Assembly (NCBI GenBank): GCA_963750165.1
Contig: CAVVPN010000003.1
Span: 1,440,001-1,504,000, forward strand
DNA length: 64,000 bases
Origin: an uncultured Gemmataceae bacterium
Lineage (GTDB): Bacteria > Planctomycetota > Planctomycetia > Gemmatales > Gemmataceae
Direction: 5' to 3'
The notes beneath the pieces were generated by a model. That model was not told where the DNA came from. It did no database searches and saw only the letters and a list, made by a program, of their open reading frames with translations. The translations under genes and the position numbers were made by a program. Of this stretch, positions 20,380-29,726 are shown piece by piece (position 1 is the stretch's first letter; every line of letters begins with the position of its first letter).

Positions 20380-21066
20380 TCACCCCCGCAAGCTGGCGTA
20401 AAATGCGATCACATGCCCCACCAGCAGTGCCAGCGTCGGCTGCGGCAGGTCGCACAGCGGTCCCGTCCACGGGTGCAGGTAAATCTGCCCCTGCGCGTGC
20501 AGCCGCCGCAGACCGTCGTGGAACTGACCGACCGTCAACGCCGGCCGCCCCTGGCACAGTTCGCGATACAGCTCCGGCAGCGGACAATCCTCCGACGTGC
20601 CGGCCGCGTGCCAGCGGTCCAGATGCGCCAGCGCTGCCGGCAGCCAGTCGTCGGCGTCCGCCGCCTGCTCCGGCTGCGCCAGCACGCGCCGCACCACGTC
20701 CCGGAGCCCGTCCAGGCTCACCTGCGCCTGGCGGGCGGCGTGGACCAGCTCGCCCAGCTGCGCCTGCCGGGCCTCCACGGCACGCACCAGGTCTTCGAGC
20801 ACCTGGCGCGGGCTGGCCTGGGTGAGCAGGTATTGCAGGCCCTTGTCGGTGATGGCGCAGATGTCCTGCTCGGATTTGCCGCGCGGCTCACGGCGGAGCA
20901 CGCGGACGAGCGCTTCGTCGAGGCAGCGTTGGGCGGCGAAGCGGGCGGCGCTGGTGGCGACGAACAGGCCCGGACTGCCCTTGCTGCCGTACAGCGGCAG
21001 GCCGGTCGGCTCCGCGGCGGCGCGGCTCAAGGCGTCCAGCAGCAGTTGCGTGGATTTGTCCGCCAA
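20380..21066 (-). CDS. Hypothetical protein with probable N- and C-terminal winged-helix domains linked by a coiled coil
   Basis: GGAGG RBS + TTG; ITDKG wing motif; LPELY...LTVGQFHDGLRRLH..GQIYL. Confidence 0.7.
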   Translation of the reverse strand: MADKSTQLLLDALSRAAAEPTGLPLYGSKGSPGLFVATSAARFAAQRCLDEALVRVLRREPRGKSEQDICAITDKGLQYLLTQASPRQVLEDLVRAVEARQAQLGELVHAARQAQVSLDGLRDVVRRVLAQPEQAADADDWLPAALAHLDRWHAAGTSEDCPLPELYRELCQGRPALTVGQFHDGLRRLHAQGQIYLHPWTGPLCDLPQPTLALLVGHVIAFYASLRG

Positions 21067-21322
21067 TGGCCCCTCCCTGGCTTGGTCGGCGTCGATGGCT
21101 GGGCCGGGGCGTCCGCCCCGGTTTACACACCCGGCCTATTATCCCTGGTCGGCGGAACAGTGCAAGGGTAGAAAATTACCTTTCCCCGCGCCTCAATTTC
21201 CCTATGATCTCTCCTATCGAGGCGGTAACACTTTTAGGGTCTGGCACGGCGCGGCAGCGGAGGGGTTCCTGACCCGCGGGACCGCCCGGCAGTCCTGCCG
21301 TGCGACCAACGGGGAGACACGC

Positions 21323-22273
21323 ATGAAACTTCGTCTGGCAACCTGGCTGCTGCCGATGGCCGCGGCAACGGTGCTGGCGGTGGCCTTCACCGGCAACTTC
21401 TCGGCACAGCAGGGCGGCGAACACGAGCCCGAGCACGCCGCCCACGACAAGTTACTGCGCAAGGGCCTGCTCGACGCCATGCGCCGTGGCGTCTACCTGT
21501 ACAACGAGCGCGGCGACATGGCCGGCTGCACGAGCGTCTTTGAGGGCGCCCTGCTCACCATCCGGCCCCTGCTGCACCACCAGGATCTGCAAAAGAAGAT
21601 CGACAGCGCGTTGGCGAACGTCGAACAATTACCGCCCGGCTATCAGCGGGCCTTCGCCCTGCGCGGCGTGCTCGACGAGGTTGCCGACCGCCTCGCCGGC
21701 AAGTCCGCTTCCAAGGAGAAGGACACGACCCTCAAGGACAAGGACAAGAAGGACAAGGCCCGTAAGGATCAGGACAAGGCCAACAACAAGACGGACCTGG
21801 GGGTGCTCGACAAGGCGACCACCGACAAGGCCAGCAAGGACAAGGCGAAGAAGGACAGGGCGACCACCGGCAAGAAGGACGCCCCGGCCAAGGACCTGCC
21901 GGCCAAGGACACCAGCGTCAAGGACAAAAAGGACGCCCCGGCCAAGGACAAGCAGGCGCCGCCGCAGGACACCGGCACCGTCAGCGGCAAGGTCACCTAC
22001 GACGGCAAGCCCCTCAGCATCGGCTTCGTGACCTTCGTCGGTTTGGACAAGCGGACCTACAGCGCCAACATCCAGCCGGACGGCACCTACACCCTGAAAA
22101 AGGGACTCCCCGTCGGCCGCTACCGCGTGACCATCGACAAGAGCACCTCGCCGCCGGCGAAGGACCAGAAAGTGATCGAGATCCCGCCGAGCTACCAGTC
22201 GGCGGACACGACGCCGCTGATGGTGGAAATCGTCCGCGGCAAGAACACCGCCGACATTCGACTGAGCAAGTGA
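21323..22273 (+). CDS. Secreted protein: helical N-domain, K/D-rich linker, carboxypeptidase-regulatory-like C-domain
   Basis: Signal peptide; VSGKVTYDGKPL..G.VTF, DGTYTL, G.YRVTI, IP..Y...TTPL. Confidence 0.8.
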   Translation: MKLRLATWLLPMAAATVLAVAFTGNFSAQQGGEHEPEHAAHDKLLRKGLLDAMRRGVYLYNERGDMAGCTSVFEGALLTIRPLLHHQDLQKKIDSALANVEQLPPGYQRAFALRGVLDEVADRLAGKSASKEKDTTLKDKDKKDKARKDQDKANNKTDLGVLDKATTDKASKDKAKKDRATTGKKDAPAKDLPAKDTSVKDKKDAPAKDKQAPPQDTGTVSGKVTYDGKPLSIGFVTFVGLDKRTYSANIQPDGTYTLKKGLPVGRYRVTIDKSTSPPAKDQKVIEIPPSYQSADTTPLMVEIVRGKNTADIRLSK

Positions 22274-22280
22274 CCGTCTT

Positions 22281-22310
22281 TTCCCCCTCGCCCCCACGGG
22301 CGAGGGGGAA
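22281..22310. repeat. Hairpin of the CCCCTCGCCC family (family E), possible terminator
   Basis: TTCCCCCTCGCCC-ccac-GGGCGAGGGGGAA just after the stop codon. Confidence 0.6.
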
Positions 22311-22335
22311 GCTCTTTCACGTCTGCCAGGGTCTT

Positions 22336-22399
22336 CCGTAGTGCGGGCGGCCCGCCTGCACAGCGCGCGTGTGCAGGCGGGCCGCCCGCACCACTACGG
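22336..22399. repeat. REP-like palindrome family D (GTAGTGCGGGCGGCCCGCCTGCAC...)
   Basis: GTAG...CTAC-bounded double palindrome; second copy inside the cyclase gene. Confidence 0.8.
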
Positions 22400-22445
22400 A
22401 GAACCGCACGTCCCTGTTGCCCAGCCTCCCTCAGGTGCCGCGCCG

Positions 22446-23006
22446 ATGAACGAATGCACCCATCTCCTGTCCGCCATCGAGCAGGGCGACACCCACGCCG
22501 CCGAGCAATTGCTGCCGCTGGTCTACGACGGCCTGCGGCGCCTGGCGGCCGAGAAGCTGGCCCAGGAGAAGCCCGGCCAGACGCTGCAACCGACCGCCCT
22601 GGTCCACGAGGCGTACCTGCGCCTGGTCGGCGACCGCGACGAGGCGCACTGGGACGGCCGCGGCCACTTCTTCGCCGCCGCCGCCGAGGCCATGCGCCGC
22701 ATCCTCGTCGAGAACGCCCGCCGCCGGCAGCGCCTCAAGCACGGCGGCGGCCGCGCCCGCGAACCGGAACCGCCGGATCTCGCCAGCCCCGAACGTCCCG
22801 AACGGCTGCTGGCCCTGGACGAGGCCCTGAACCGTCTGGCCCAGGTCAACCCCCAGGCGGCCGAGCTGGTGAAGCTCCGTCACTTTGCCGGCTTCAGCAA
22901 CGCCGAGACGGCCGAACTCCTCGGCATTTCGCCGCGCAAGGCCAACCAGGTCTGGGCCTACGCCCGCGCCTGGCTGCGCGAAGAACTGGGCGACGACGAG
23001 GCGTAA
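22446..23006 (+). CDS. ECF sigma-70 factor, TIGR02999 family
   Basis: LLPLVYD.LRRLA, TLQPTALVHEAYLRL, AAEAMRRILVENARRR..LKHGGG, ARAWL. Confidence 0.93.
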   Translation: MNECTHLLSAIEQGDTHAAEQLLPLVYDGLRRLAAEKLAQEKPGQTLQPTALVHEAYLRLVGDRDEAHWDGRGHFFAAAAEAMRRILVENARRRQRLKHGGGRAREPEPPDLASPERPERLLALDEALNRLAQVNPQAAELVKLRHFAGFSNAETAELLGISPRKANQVWAYARAWLREELGDDEA

Positions 23007-23075
23007 TTTTTTTCGGGATGGCGTGCGCACTTCACCGCCAAACGTCGCATGACGGGGTAGACGGAGAGCAGCCCC

Positions 23076-26000
23076 ATGCAAGAGCAAACCATCTTCACCG
23101 AGGCTCTGGAACTGGAAGACCCGGCGGCGCGCGCCGCCTTCCTGGACCGGGCCTGCGCCGGCGACCTGGCGCTGCGCCAGCGCGTCGAGCGGCTGCTGCG
23201 ACGGCACCGGGAGGCCGACAGCTTCCCGGAGCAGCCGGCCGCCACCTTCTCCCATGCGGCCCCCCCCGAGGGGCCCGGCGCGCTGATCGGGCCGTACAAG
23301 CTGTTGCAGCAGATCGGCGAGGGCGGCATGGGCGTCGTCTTCATGGCCGAGCAGACCCAGCCGGTGCGGCGCCTGGTCGCGCTCAAGGTCATCAAGGCCG
23401 GCATGGACTCGCGCCAGGTGCTGGCACGCTTCGAGGCCGAGCGGCAGGCGCTGGCGCTGATGGACCACCCCAACATCGCCCGAGTCCTCGACGCGGACGC
23501 CACCGCCACGGGCCGGCCCTACTTCGTCATGGAGCTGGTCAAGGGCCTGGCCGTCACCAAATACTGTGACGAGCGCCGCCTGAAACCGCGGGAGCGCCTG
23601 GAACTGTTCATCCCCGTGTGCCAGGCCGTCCAGCACGCCCACCAGAAGGGCGTCATTCACCGCGATCTCAAACCCGGTAACGTGCTGGTGGCGCAATACG
23701 ACGGCCGGCCCGTGCCCAAGGTCATCGACTTCGGCGTCGCCAAGGCGGCCGGCCCCCGGCTCACCGAGCGCACGCTGTTCACGGAGTTCGGCCAGGTCGT
23801 CGGCACACTGGAGTACATGAGCCCCGAGCAGGCCGAGCTGAACCAACTGGACATTGACACGCGCAGCGACATCTACGCTCTGGGCGTGGTGCTCTACGAG
23901 TTGCTGACCGGCACGACGCCGCTGGAGCGGGGCCGGCTGCGCGAGGTCGGCTTGCTGGAGGTGCTGCGGCGAATTCGCGAGGAGGAGCCGCCGACGCCGA
24001 GCACGCGGCTGAGCACCTCGGCCGAAGGGCCGGGCATCGCGGCCGACCGCGGCCTGGAGCCGAAGCGGCTGAGCAGCCTGGTGCGCGGCGAACTGGACTG
24101 GATCGTCATGAAGTGCCTGGAAAAGGAGCGCGGCCGCCGTTACGAAACCGCCAACGCCCTGGCCCTGGACCTGCAGCGCTACCTGGCGGACGAGCCGGTG
24201 GCCGCCGGGCCGCCTGGCGCGGCGTACCGCTGCCGGAAATTCCTTCGGCGCAACCGCAGATCAGTGCTGGTCGCCGCCGTGGTGCTGCTGGCGCTGATGG
24301 GCGGCTTTATCGGCGCAACCGCAGGCCTGCTTCAGACGATCGTTGCGCGGGAACAGGCATGGGAGGCCGAACGGAAGGAGCGTAGCCAACGGGTGCGGGC
24401 CAAGGCCGGCGAGAAGAAAGCCCAGGATGAGTACGCCCGGGCCGAGGGGGAGCGGAAAATCGCCGAGCGGGAAGGAAAAATCGCCCAGGCGGTGCGCGAC
24501 TTCTTGCAGAAGCAGTTACTCGCCCAGGCGGATGTCCACGTGCAGGCCGACGCCCTGTTGCAGGGCGGCGCGGGCGAAATCAAGGAGAACCCGACTGTCC
24601 GTGAACTGCTCGACCGCGCCGCGGAAGGACTGACCGGGAAGAAGATCGAGTCGCAGTTCCCCGGCCAACCGCTGGTGCAGGCGGAAATCCTGCACACGGT
24701 CGGCGACGCCTACCGCGGCATCGGCGCCTTCGGGCCGGCCATCGACCACCTGGAGCGTGCGCTGCACCTGCGCCAGCGGCACCTCGGCGCCGACCACCGG
24801 GACACCCTGGCGACGCAGCACCGCCTCGCCCGCGCGTACTGGGACGCCGGCGACCTGCCGCGGGCCCTGCCCCTGTTCGAGCGGGTGTGGGCCCGGCAGT
24901 CCGCGACGCTCGGCGCCGACCACCCGGACACCCTGGAAACCCAGTACAACCTCGCGGTGGCGTGCCAGGACGACGGCCAGATGACCAGGGCGGTCCGCCT
25001 GCTCGAGCAGGTGCGTGACGCCTGGTCCCGGGTCCACAGTCCGGACCACCGGAACACCCTGTATACCGAGGTCACCCTCGCCAACGCCTACGTGGCCGAA
25101 GGCAAGGCCGCCGACGCGCTGCGCCGGCTGGTGCCGCTGTGGGAGAAGGCGGCCAGGAACATCGGCCCCGAGCACCCGGAGACCCTGGCCGTGGTGCACG
25201 TGCTCGCCAGGGCGTACGGGGCCGACGGTCAGTGGGCCAAGGCAACCCAGCTGCTCGAAGGCGTGCGGGGACTGATGGAGAAGGAGTTCGGCCCCGAGCA
25301 CCCGCGCACCCTGGTCGTGTTGAGCAACCTCGGCCACGCCTACGGGAAGGGCGGCCGGGTGGCGGAGGCGACCGAGTTGTTGGAGAAGGTCCGGGACCTG
25401 CGCGTCGCCAAACTCGGCCCCGACCACCCGGCCACGCTGATCACCCTGGACAACCTCGCCCAGGCGCACCGGGCCGCCCGGAATCTGCCGAAGGCAATCG
25501 CCTTGCTCGAACAGGTGCGCGACCGGGCCGGGCAGAAGTTCGGCCCCGAGCACCCGCGGACCCTGGGCATGCTGGCCCACCTCGCCGACGCCTACCGGGA
25601 GGCCGGCCGGCTGCCGGAAGGGATCCAGGTGCTCGATGTGATCCGGGACGCTCGGGTCAAAAAACAGGGTGCCGACCACCCGCAGACCCTGACGGTGACT
25701 CAGCAGCTGGCCGTGAGCTGCTGGACCGTGCGCCAGTTCGACCGCTCTGTGCCGCTGTTCGAGGATCTGCTGAAACGACGCCGGGCGAACCTGGGCGCGG
25801 ACCACCCGGACACGCTGGCCACGATGGCGAACCTGGGCGTCAACTATCGCGACGCGGGCCGCCTGGCCGACGGGCTGGCGATGCTGGAGGACGCCCTGGC
25901 GCGGGGCCGCAACTTGCCCGGGGGACTGCCGGAACGGCTCGCCTTTGTGCCGCGGGCGCTGGCGGTGAGCTACAGCCGGGATGGCCAGTTCGCGAAGGCG

Positions 26001-26447
26001 GAACTGCTGTACCGCGCGGCGTTCGAGGAGGCGCGCGACAAGCACGGCGACGGCCAGCCGCAAACCCTCAACCCCCTCGGCGAATTGTGCGTGAATTTAC
26101 TGGCACAGAAGAAGTTCGCCGAGGCCGTGCCGTTAATGCGCCGGCACCTGGCCGGCCGGGAAAAACACGAGGCCGACGCCTGGCCGACGCAGCACGCCCG
26201 GATGCTGCTCGGCGCCGCCCTGCTCGGCAAGGAGCAATTCAAGGAGGCCGAGTCGCTGCTTTTGGCCGCCCACGAGGGGCTGAAGCAGCGTCAGGCCCAG
26301 ATTCACCCCGCCGACCGGCCGGCGGTCCTGGCCAGCAGCCTGGTGTGGCTGGTGCGGTTGTACGAAGCCTGGGACCGGCCCGAGGAGGCCGCGCAGTGGC
26401 GAAAACGCCTGGAAGCGTTTAAGGCTTCCTTGCCGAAGAAGAAGTAA
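23076..26447 (+). CDS. Ser/Thr protein kinase with TM segment and C-terminal TPR repeats
   Basis: [26 protein letters not shown]; many LGxDHPxTL TPR repeats. Confidence 0.95.
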   Translation: MQEQTIFTEALELEDPAARAAFLDRACAGDLALRQRVERLLRRHREADSFPEQPAATFSHAAPPEGPGALIGPYKLLQQIGEGGMGVVFMAEQTQPVRRLVALKVIKAGMDSRQVLARFEAERQALALMDHPNIARVLDADATATGRPYFVMELVKGLAVTKYCDERRLKPRERLELFIPVCQAVQHAHQKGVIHRDLKPGNVLVAQYDGRPVPKVIDFGVAKAAGPRLTERTLFTEFGQVVGTLEYMSPEQAELNQLDIDTRSDIYALGVVLYELLTGTTPLERGRLREVGLLEVLRRIREEEPPTPSTRLSTSAEGPGIAADRGLEPKRLSSLVRGELDWIVMKCLEKERGRRYETANALALDLQRYLADEPVAAGPPGAAYRCRKFLRRNRRSVLVAAVVLLALMGGFIGATAGLLQTIVAREQAWEAERKERSQRVRAKAGEKKAQDEYARAEGERKIAEREGKIAQAVRDFLQKQLLAQADVHVQADALLQGGAGEIKENPTVRELLDRAAEGLTGKKIESQFPGQPLVQAEILHTVGDAYRGIGAFGPAIDHLERALHLRQRHLGADHRDTLATQHRLARAYWDAGDLPRALPLFERVWARQSATLGADHPDTLETQYNLAVACQDDGQMTRAVRLLEQVRDAWSRVHSPDHRNTLYTEVTLANAYVAEGKAADALRRLVPLWEKAARNIGPEHPETLAVVHVLARAYGADGQWAKATQLLEGVRGLMEKEFGPEHPRTLVVLSNLGHAYGKGGRVAEATELLEKVRDLRVAKLGPDHPATLITLDNLAQAHRAARNLPKAIALLEQVRDRAGQKFGPEHPRTLGMLAHLADAYREAGRLPEGIQVLDVIRDARVKKQGADHPQTLTVTQQLAVSCWTVRQFDRSVPLFEDLLKRRRANLGADHPDTLATMANLGVNYRDAGRLADGLAMLEDALARGRNLPGGLPERLAFVPRALAVSYSRDGQFAKAELLYRAAFEEARDKHGDGQPQTLNPLGELCVNLLAQKKFAEAVPLMRRHLAGREKHEADAWPTQHARMLLGAALLGKEQFKEAESLLLAAHEGLKQRQAQIHPADRPAVLASSLVWLVRLYEAWDRPEEAAQWRKRLEAFKASLPKKK

Positions 26448-26588
26448 CCTCCCACGGCTCGGATCATCGTTTCCCTTCCCCCTTGAGCTAAGCGGCCGGC
26501 GCACCGCGCGCCGGCCCGACACCGCCCCGGCGTCCGGCCTGCGCGCCGCGGGGATTTTTCTTGTTCCGCAGGCCCAAAGGAGATTCCC

Positions 26589-27782
26589 ATGCGTCTCGTT
26601 CCCTGGCTGCGCTCCCTGGTATCTCCGTCCGCCCGGCGGCAGCCGCGCCGCGTCCGCCCGCTGCTGGAAACGCTGGAAGAGCGGGCCGTGCCGTCGGCCA
26701 ACCATGACATCCTGTACGTCGGCGACGCCGCCGACAACAGCGTCAAGGAGTTCAACGCCGACACCGGGGCGTACCTCGGCACGTTGGTGGCGAGCGGTAG
26801 CGGCGGCCTGGACGGGCCGCGCGGCCTGATCTTCAAGAACCCCGGCAACCTGCTCGTCGTCAACCAGAACGTCGATCAAAGTTTCAGCGGCGAAATCCTC
26901 GACTACAACGGCCACACCGGCGCCCCGAAAAGCCCGGTCGTTTCCCACACCGACCCGAACGCCCCGTTCGCGCCGCGCGGCATGGTGCTGCAGGGCAACG
27001 TCCTGTACGTCGCCAGTTTCCAGGACGCCACCACGCTCAACGGCGAGATCGACAAATACGACGTGAACACCGGCCGCTTCCTGGGCAGCCTGACGCCGCG
27101 TAATTTCTCCGGCACGTTCGAGCCGCGCGGCATCGTGTTCGGCCCCGACGGCTACCTGTACGTCTCGTCCTTCGACCAGACGAACCTGCTGGTCGGTTAC
27201 GTGCTGCGCATGAACCCCTACACCGGCGCCTCGACGGTCGTGGCGGGCAACAACGGTGACGGCATCAACCAGCCCGGCGAGATCCAGGACCTGCACCGCC
27301 CCGAGGGCCTGGTGTTCGGCCCCGACGGCCAACTGTACGTCACCAGCTTCCGCGCCGACGCGACCGACACGGACAAGATTCTGGTGCTGAACCCCAGGAC
27401 CGGCGCCCAGGAGAGCGAGATCAACCTGGACCAGGTGAACCAGCCGCGGGCGTTCGCCCAGGCGCTGGAGTTCGGGCCGGACGGCAAGCTGTTCGTGCCG
27501 ATCAGCGGCAACGGCCCCGACACGGGGTCGATCCGGAGTTACAACGTCGTCACGAAGACCTACAGTGTGTTCGTGGCCGCGGGTGGCCCGCTGGGGCAGG
27601 GCTGGTATCTCACCTTCGGCCAGACGAACCCCGCCACCCTGGCCTACGACGGCGACGACCTGGACGACGTGGGCTGCGACTTCCGGCAGGCGTCGGACCA
27701 GGCGTTCGTGGATTTGCAGGCCCAGGTGGTGTTTTTCTTCTCGGACAGTGACGACCTGATGCACCGGCGCATGTGGGGCTGA
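26589..27782 (+). CDS. Planctomycete extracellular beta-propeller (NHL/Vgb-like) protein
   Basis: RRVRPLLETLEERAVPSA export motif; repeated PRG..FGPDG.LYV.S. Confidence 0.85.
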   Translation: MRLVPWLRSLVSPSARRQPRRVRPLLETLEERAVPSANHDILYVGDAADNSVKEFNADTGAYLGTLVASGSGGLDGPRGLIFKNPGNLLVVNQNVDQSFSGEILDYNGHTGAPKSPVVSHTDPNAPFAPRGMVLQGNVLYVASFQDATTLNGEIDKYDVNTGRFLGSLTPRNFSGTFEPRGIVFGPDGYLYVSSFDQTNLLVGYVLRMNPYTGASTVVAGNNGDGINQPGEIQDLHRPEGLVFGPDGQLYVTSFRADATDTDKILVLNPRTGAQESEINLDQVNQPRAFAQALEFGPDGKLFVPISGNGPDTGSIRSYNVVTKTYSVFVAAGGPLGQGWYLTFGQTNPATLAYDGDDLDDVGCDFRQASDQAFVDLQAQVVFFFSDSDDLMHRRMWG

Positions 27783-27813
27783 GCATACCGGGAGCGCGCT
27801 TCAGGCCACCGGC

Positions 27814-27882
27814 CAGGACCGCCTTGATTTATCGTTTCGCGCGGACACTGCCCGCGCGAAACGATAAATCAAGGCGGTCCTG
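27814..27882. repeat. Perfect 31-bp inverted repeat upstream of the cyclase gene
   Basis: CAGGACCGCCTTGATTTATCGTTTCGCGCGG / CCGCGCGAAACGATAAATCAAGGCGGTCCTG. Confidence 0.85.
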
Positions 27883-27912
27883 CCATCGAAGCCCGCAGCG
27901 TGAGACGACCGC

Positions 27913-29679
27913 ATGGACCGCCAACGGCTCGAAGCCGCGTACCTGAAGGCCCGTGACGCCCTGCTCGCGGAGCGCACGCCGGAGGGCCACTGGGTCGGCG
28001 AACTGTCCACGTCGGCGCTGTCCACGGCCACGGCAGTGATGGCGCTGGCGCTGGTGCAGCGGGACACGCCGCCGCACGACCAGCACCAGCGGTTGATCGA
28101 CGGCGGCCTTGCCTGGCTGGTGGCGCACCAGAACGCCGACGGCGGCTTCGGCGACACGGTCAAGAGCATCAGCAACATCTCCACGAGCATGCTGTGCCGG
28201 GCGGCGTTCCACCTCGTAGTGCAGGCGGCCCGCCTGCACAATGGCGGTGCAGGCGAGCCGCCTGCACTACGGCGCATCGAGGCGTACCTGCAACAGCACT
28301 GCGGCCGCACGCCCGCGGAGCAGGCCGAGGCGATCCGCCGCCGCTACGGCAAGGACCGCACCTTCGCGACGCCGATCCTGACGACGTGTGCCCTCGCGGG
28401 GTTGGTGCCGTGGTCCGAGGTGCCGCCGCTGCCGTTCGAGTTGGCGTGCTTTCCGCAATCGTGGTTCCGCTTCCTCCGCCTGCACGTCGTCAGCTACGCG
28501 CTGCCGGCGCTCATCGCCATCGGCCAGTGCATCCACCACCACCGGCCGCCGTGGAACCCGCTGAAACGCCTGACCGGCTGGCTGGCGCGCGACAAAAGCC
28601 TGCGCGTGCTGCAGGCGATTCAGCCGTCGAGCGGCGGCTACCTGGAGGCGGCGCCGCTGACGAGTTTCGTCACGCTGAGCCTGGCGAGCATCGGGCTAGC
28701 GCAGCACCCGGTGGCGGTGAAGGCGGTCGAGTTCCTGGTACTTGGCGTGCGGCCGGACGGCAGCTGGCCGATTGACACGAACCTGGCGACGTGGGTGACG
28801 ACGCTGGCGGTCAACGCGCTGGCGGTGGCGGGGGATCTGGAGGCGCTGGACGGAAGGGAGAAGTTGCAGAGTTGGCTGCTCTGGCAACAATACCGGAAGC
28901 GCCACCCTTTCACAGGGGCAGCCCCGTGGGGGTGGGCCTGGACGCCTTTGCCGGGCGGCGTGCCGGACGCCGACGACACCCCCGGGGCGATCCTGGCGTT
29001 GTGTCATTTCCCGGAGCTGTTTCACGTCGGCTACGGTCACGAACTGGGCCGCGCTGCGGAATGGCTCGGGAACTTACAGAACCGCGACGGCGGCATCCCG
29101 ACCTTTTGCCGCGGTTGGGGAGCGTTGCCTTTTGATCGCAGCGGATCGGACCTCACCGCGCACACGCTCCGGGCCTGGCGGGTGATCGGTTGGAAAGAGA
29201 AAGCAACTCGTCGTGCCCTGGCCTACCTCGCCCGCCAGCAGCGGCCCGACGGCTCCTGGCTGCCGCTGTGGTTCGGCAACCAGCACGCCCCGGACGACAT
29301 CAATCCCACCTACGGCACCGCCCGTGTGCTGGCCGCGTACCGCGACCTCAATAGGATGAACGACGAACCCGCCCGCCGCGGCGTCGCCTGGCTGCTCGCC
29401 GTGCAGAACGCCGACGGCGGTTGGGGCGGCGCCGCCGACACGCCCAGCAGTGTCGAGGAAACCGCCCTGGCGGTGGAAATCCTGCTCGACGCGGGCGAAG
29501 ATGCCCGGACTGCCGTGAATAAGGGCCTGGCCTGGCTCGTCGATCAGGTGGAGCAAAATACCTGGAAAAACGCCGCGCCGATCGGTTTTTACTTTGCAAA
29601 ACTGTGGTACTTTGAGAAACTTTATCCGTTAACCTTCACGGTGGCCGCGCTGGGCCGCGCCCGCCGCACTCTCTCCTGA
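27913..29679 (+). CDS. Class II terpene cyclase (squalene-hopene cyclase-like)
   Basis: PDADDT (DxDD) motif; QW repeats QNADGGFG, QNRDGG, QRPDGSW, QNADGGWG. Confidence 0.88.
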   Translation: MDRQRLEAAYLKARDALLAERTPEGHWVGELSTSALSTATAVMALALVQRDTPPHDQHQRLIDGGLAWLVAHQNADGGFGDTVKSISNISTSMLCRAAFHLVVQAARLHNGGAGEPPALRRIEAYLQQHCGRTPAEQAEAIRRRYGKDRTFATPILTTCALAGLVPWSEVPPLPFELACFPQSWFRFLRLHVVSYALPALIAIGQCIHHHRPPWNPLKRLTGWLARDKSLRVLQAIQPSSGGYLEAAPLTSFVTLSLASIGLAQHPVAVKAVEFLVLGVRPDGSWPIDTNLATWVTTLAVNALAVAGDLEALDGREKLQSWLLWQQYRKRHPFTGAAPWGWAWTPLPGGVPDADDTPGAILALCHFPELFHVGYGHELGRAAEWLGNLQNRDGGIPTFCRGWGALPFDRSGSDLTAHTLRAWRVIGWKEKATRRALAYLARQQRPDGSWLPLWFGNQHAPDDINPTYGTARVLAAYRDLNRMNDEPARRGVAWLLAVQNADGGWGGAADTPSSVEETALAVEILLDAGEDARTAVNKGLAWLVDQVEQNTWKNAAPIGFYFAKLWYFEKLYPLTFTVAALGRARRTLS

Positions 29680-29726
29680 AGACGCTAACCGAACCCACCC
29701 CGAGCGCCCCCAGTGAGGAAGCACCT

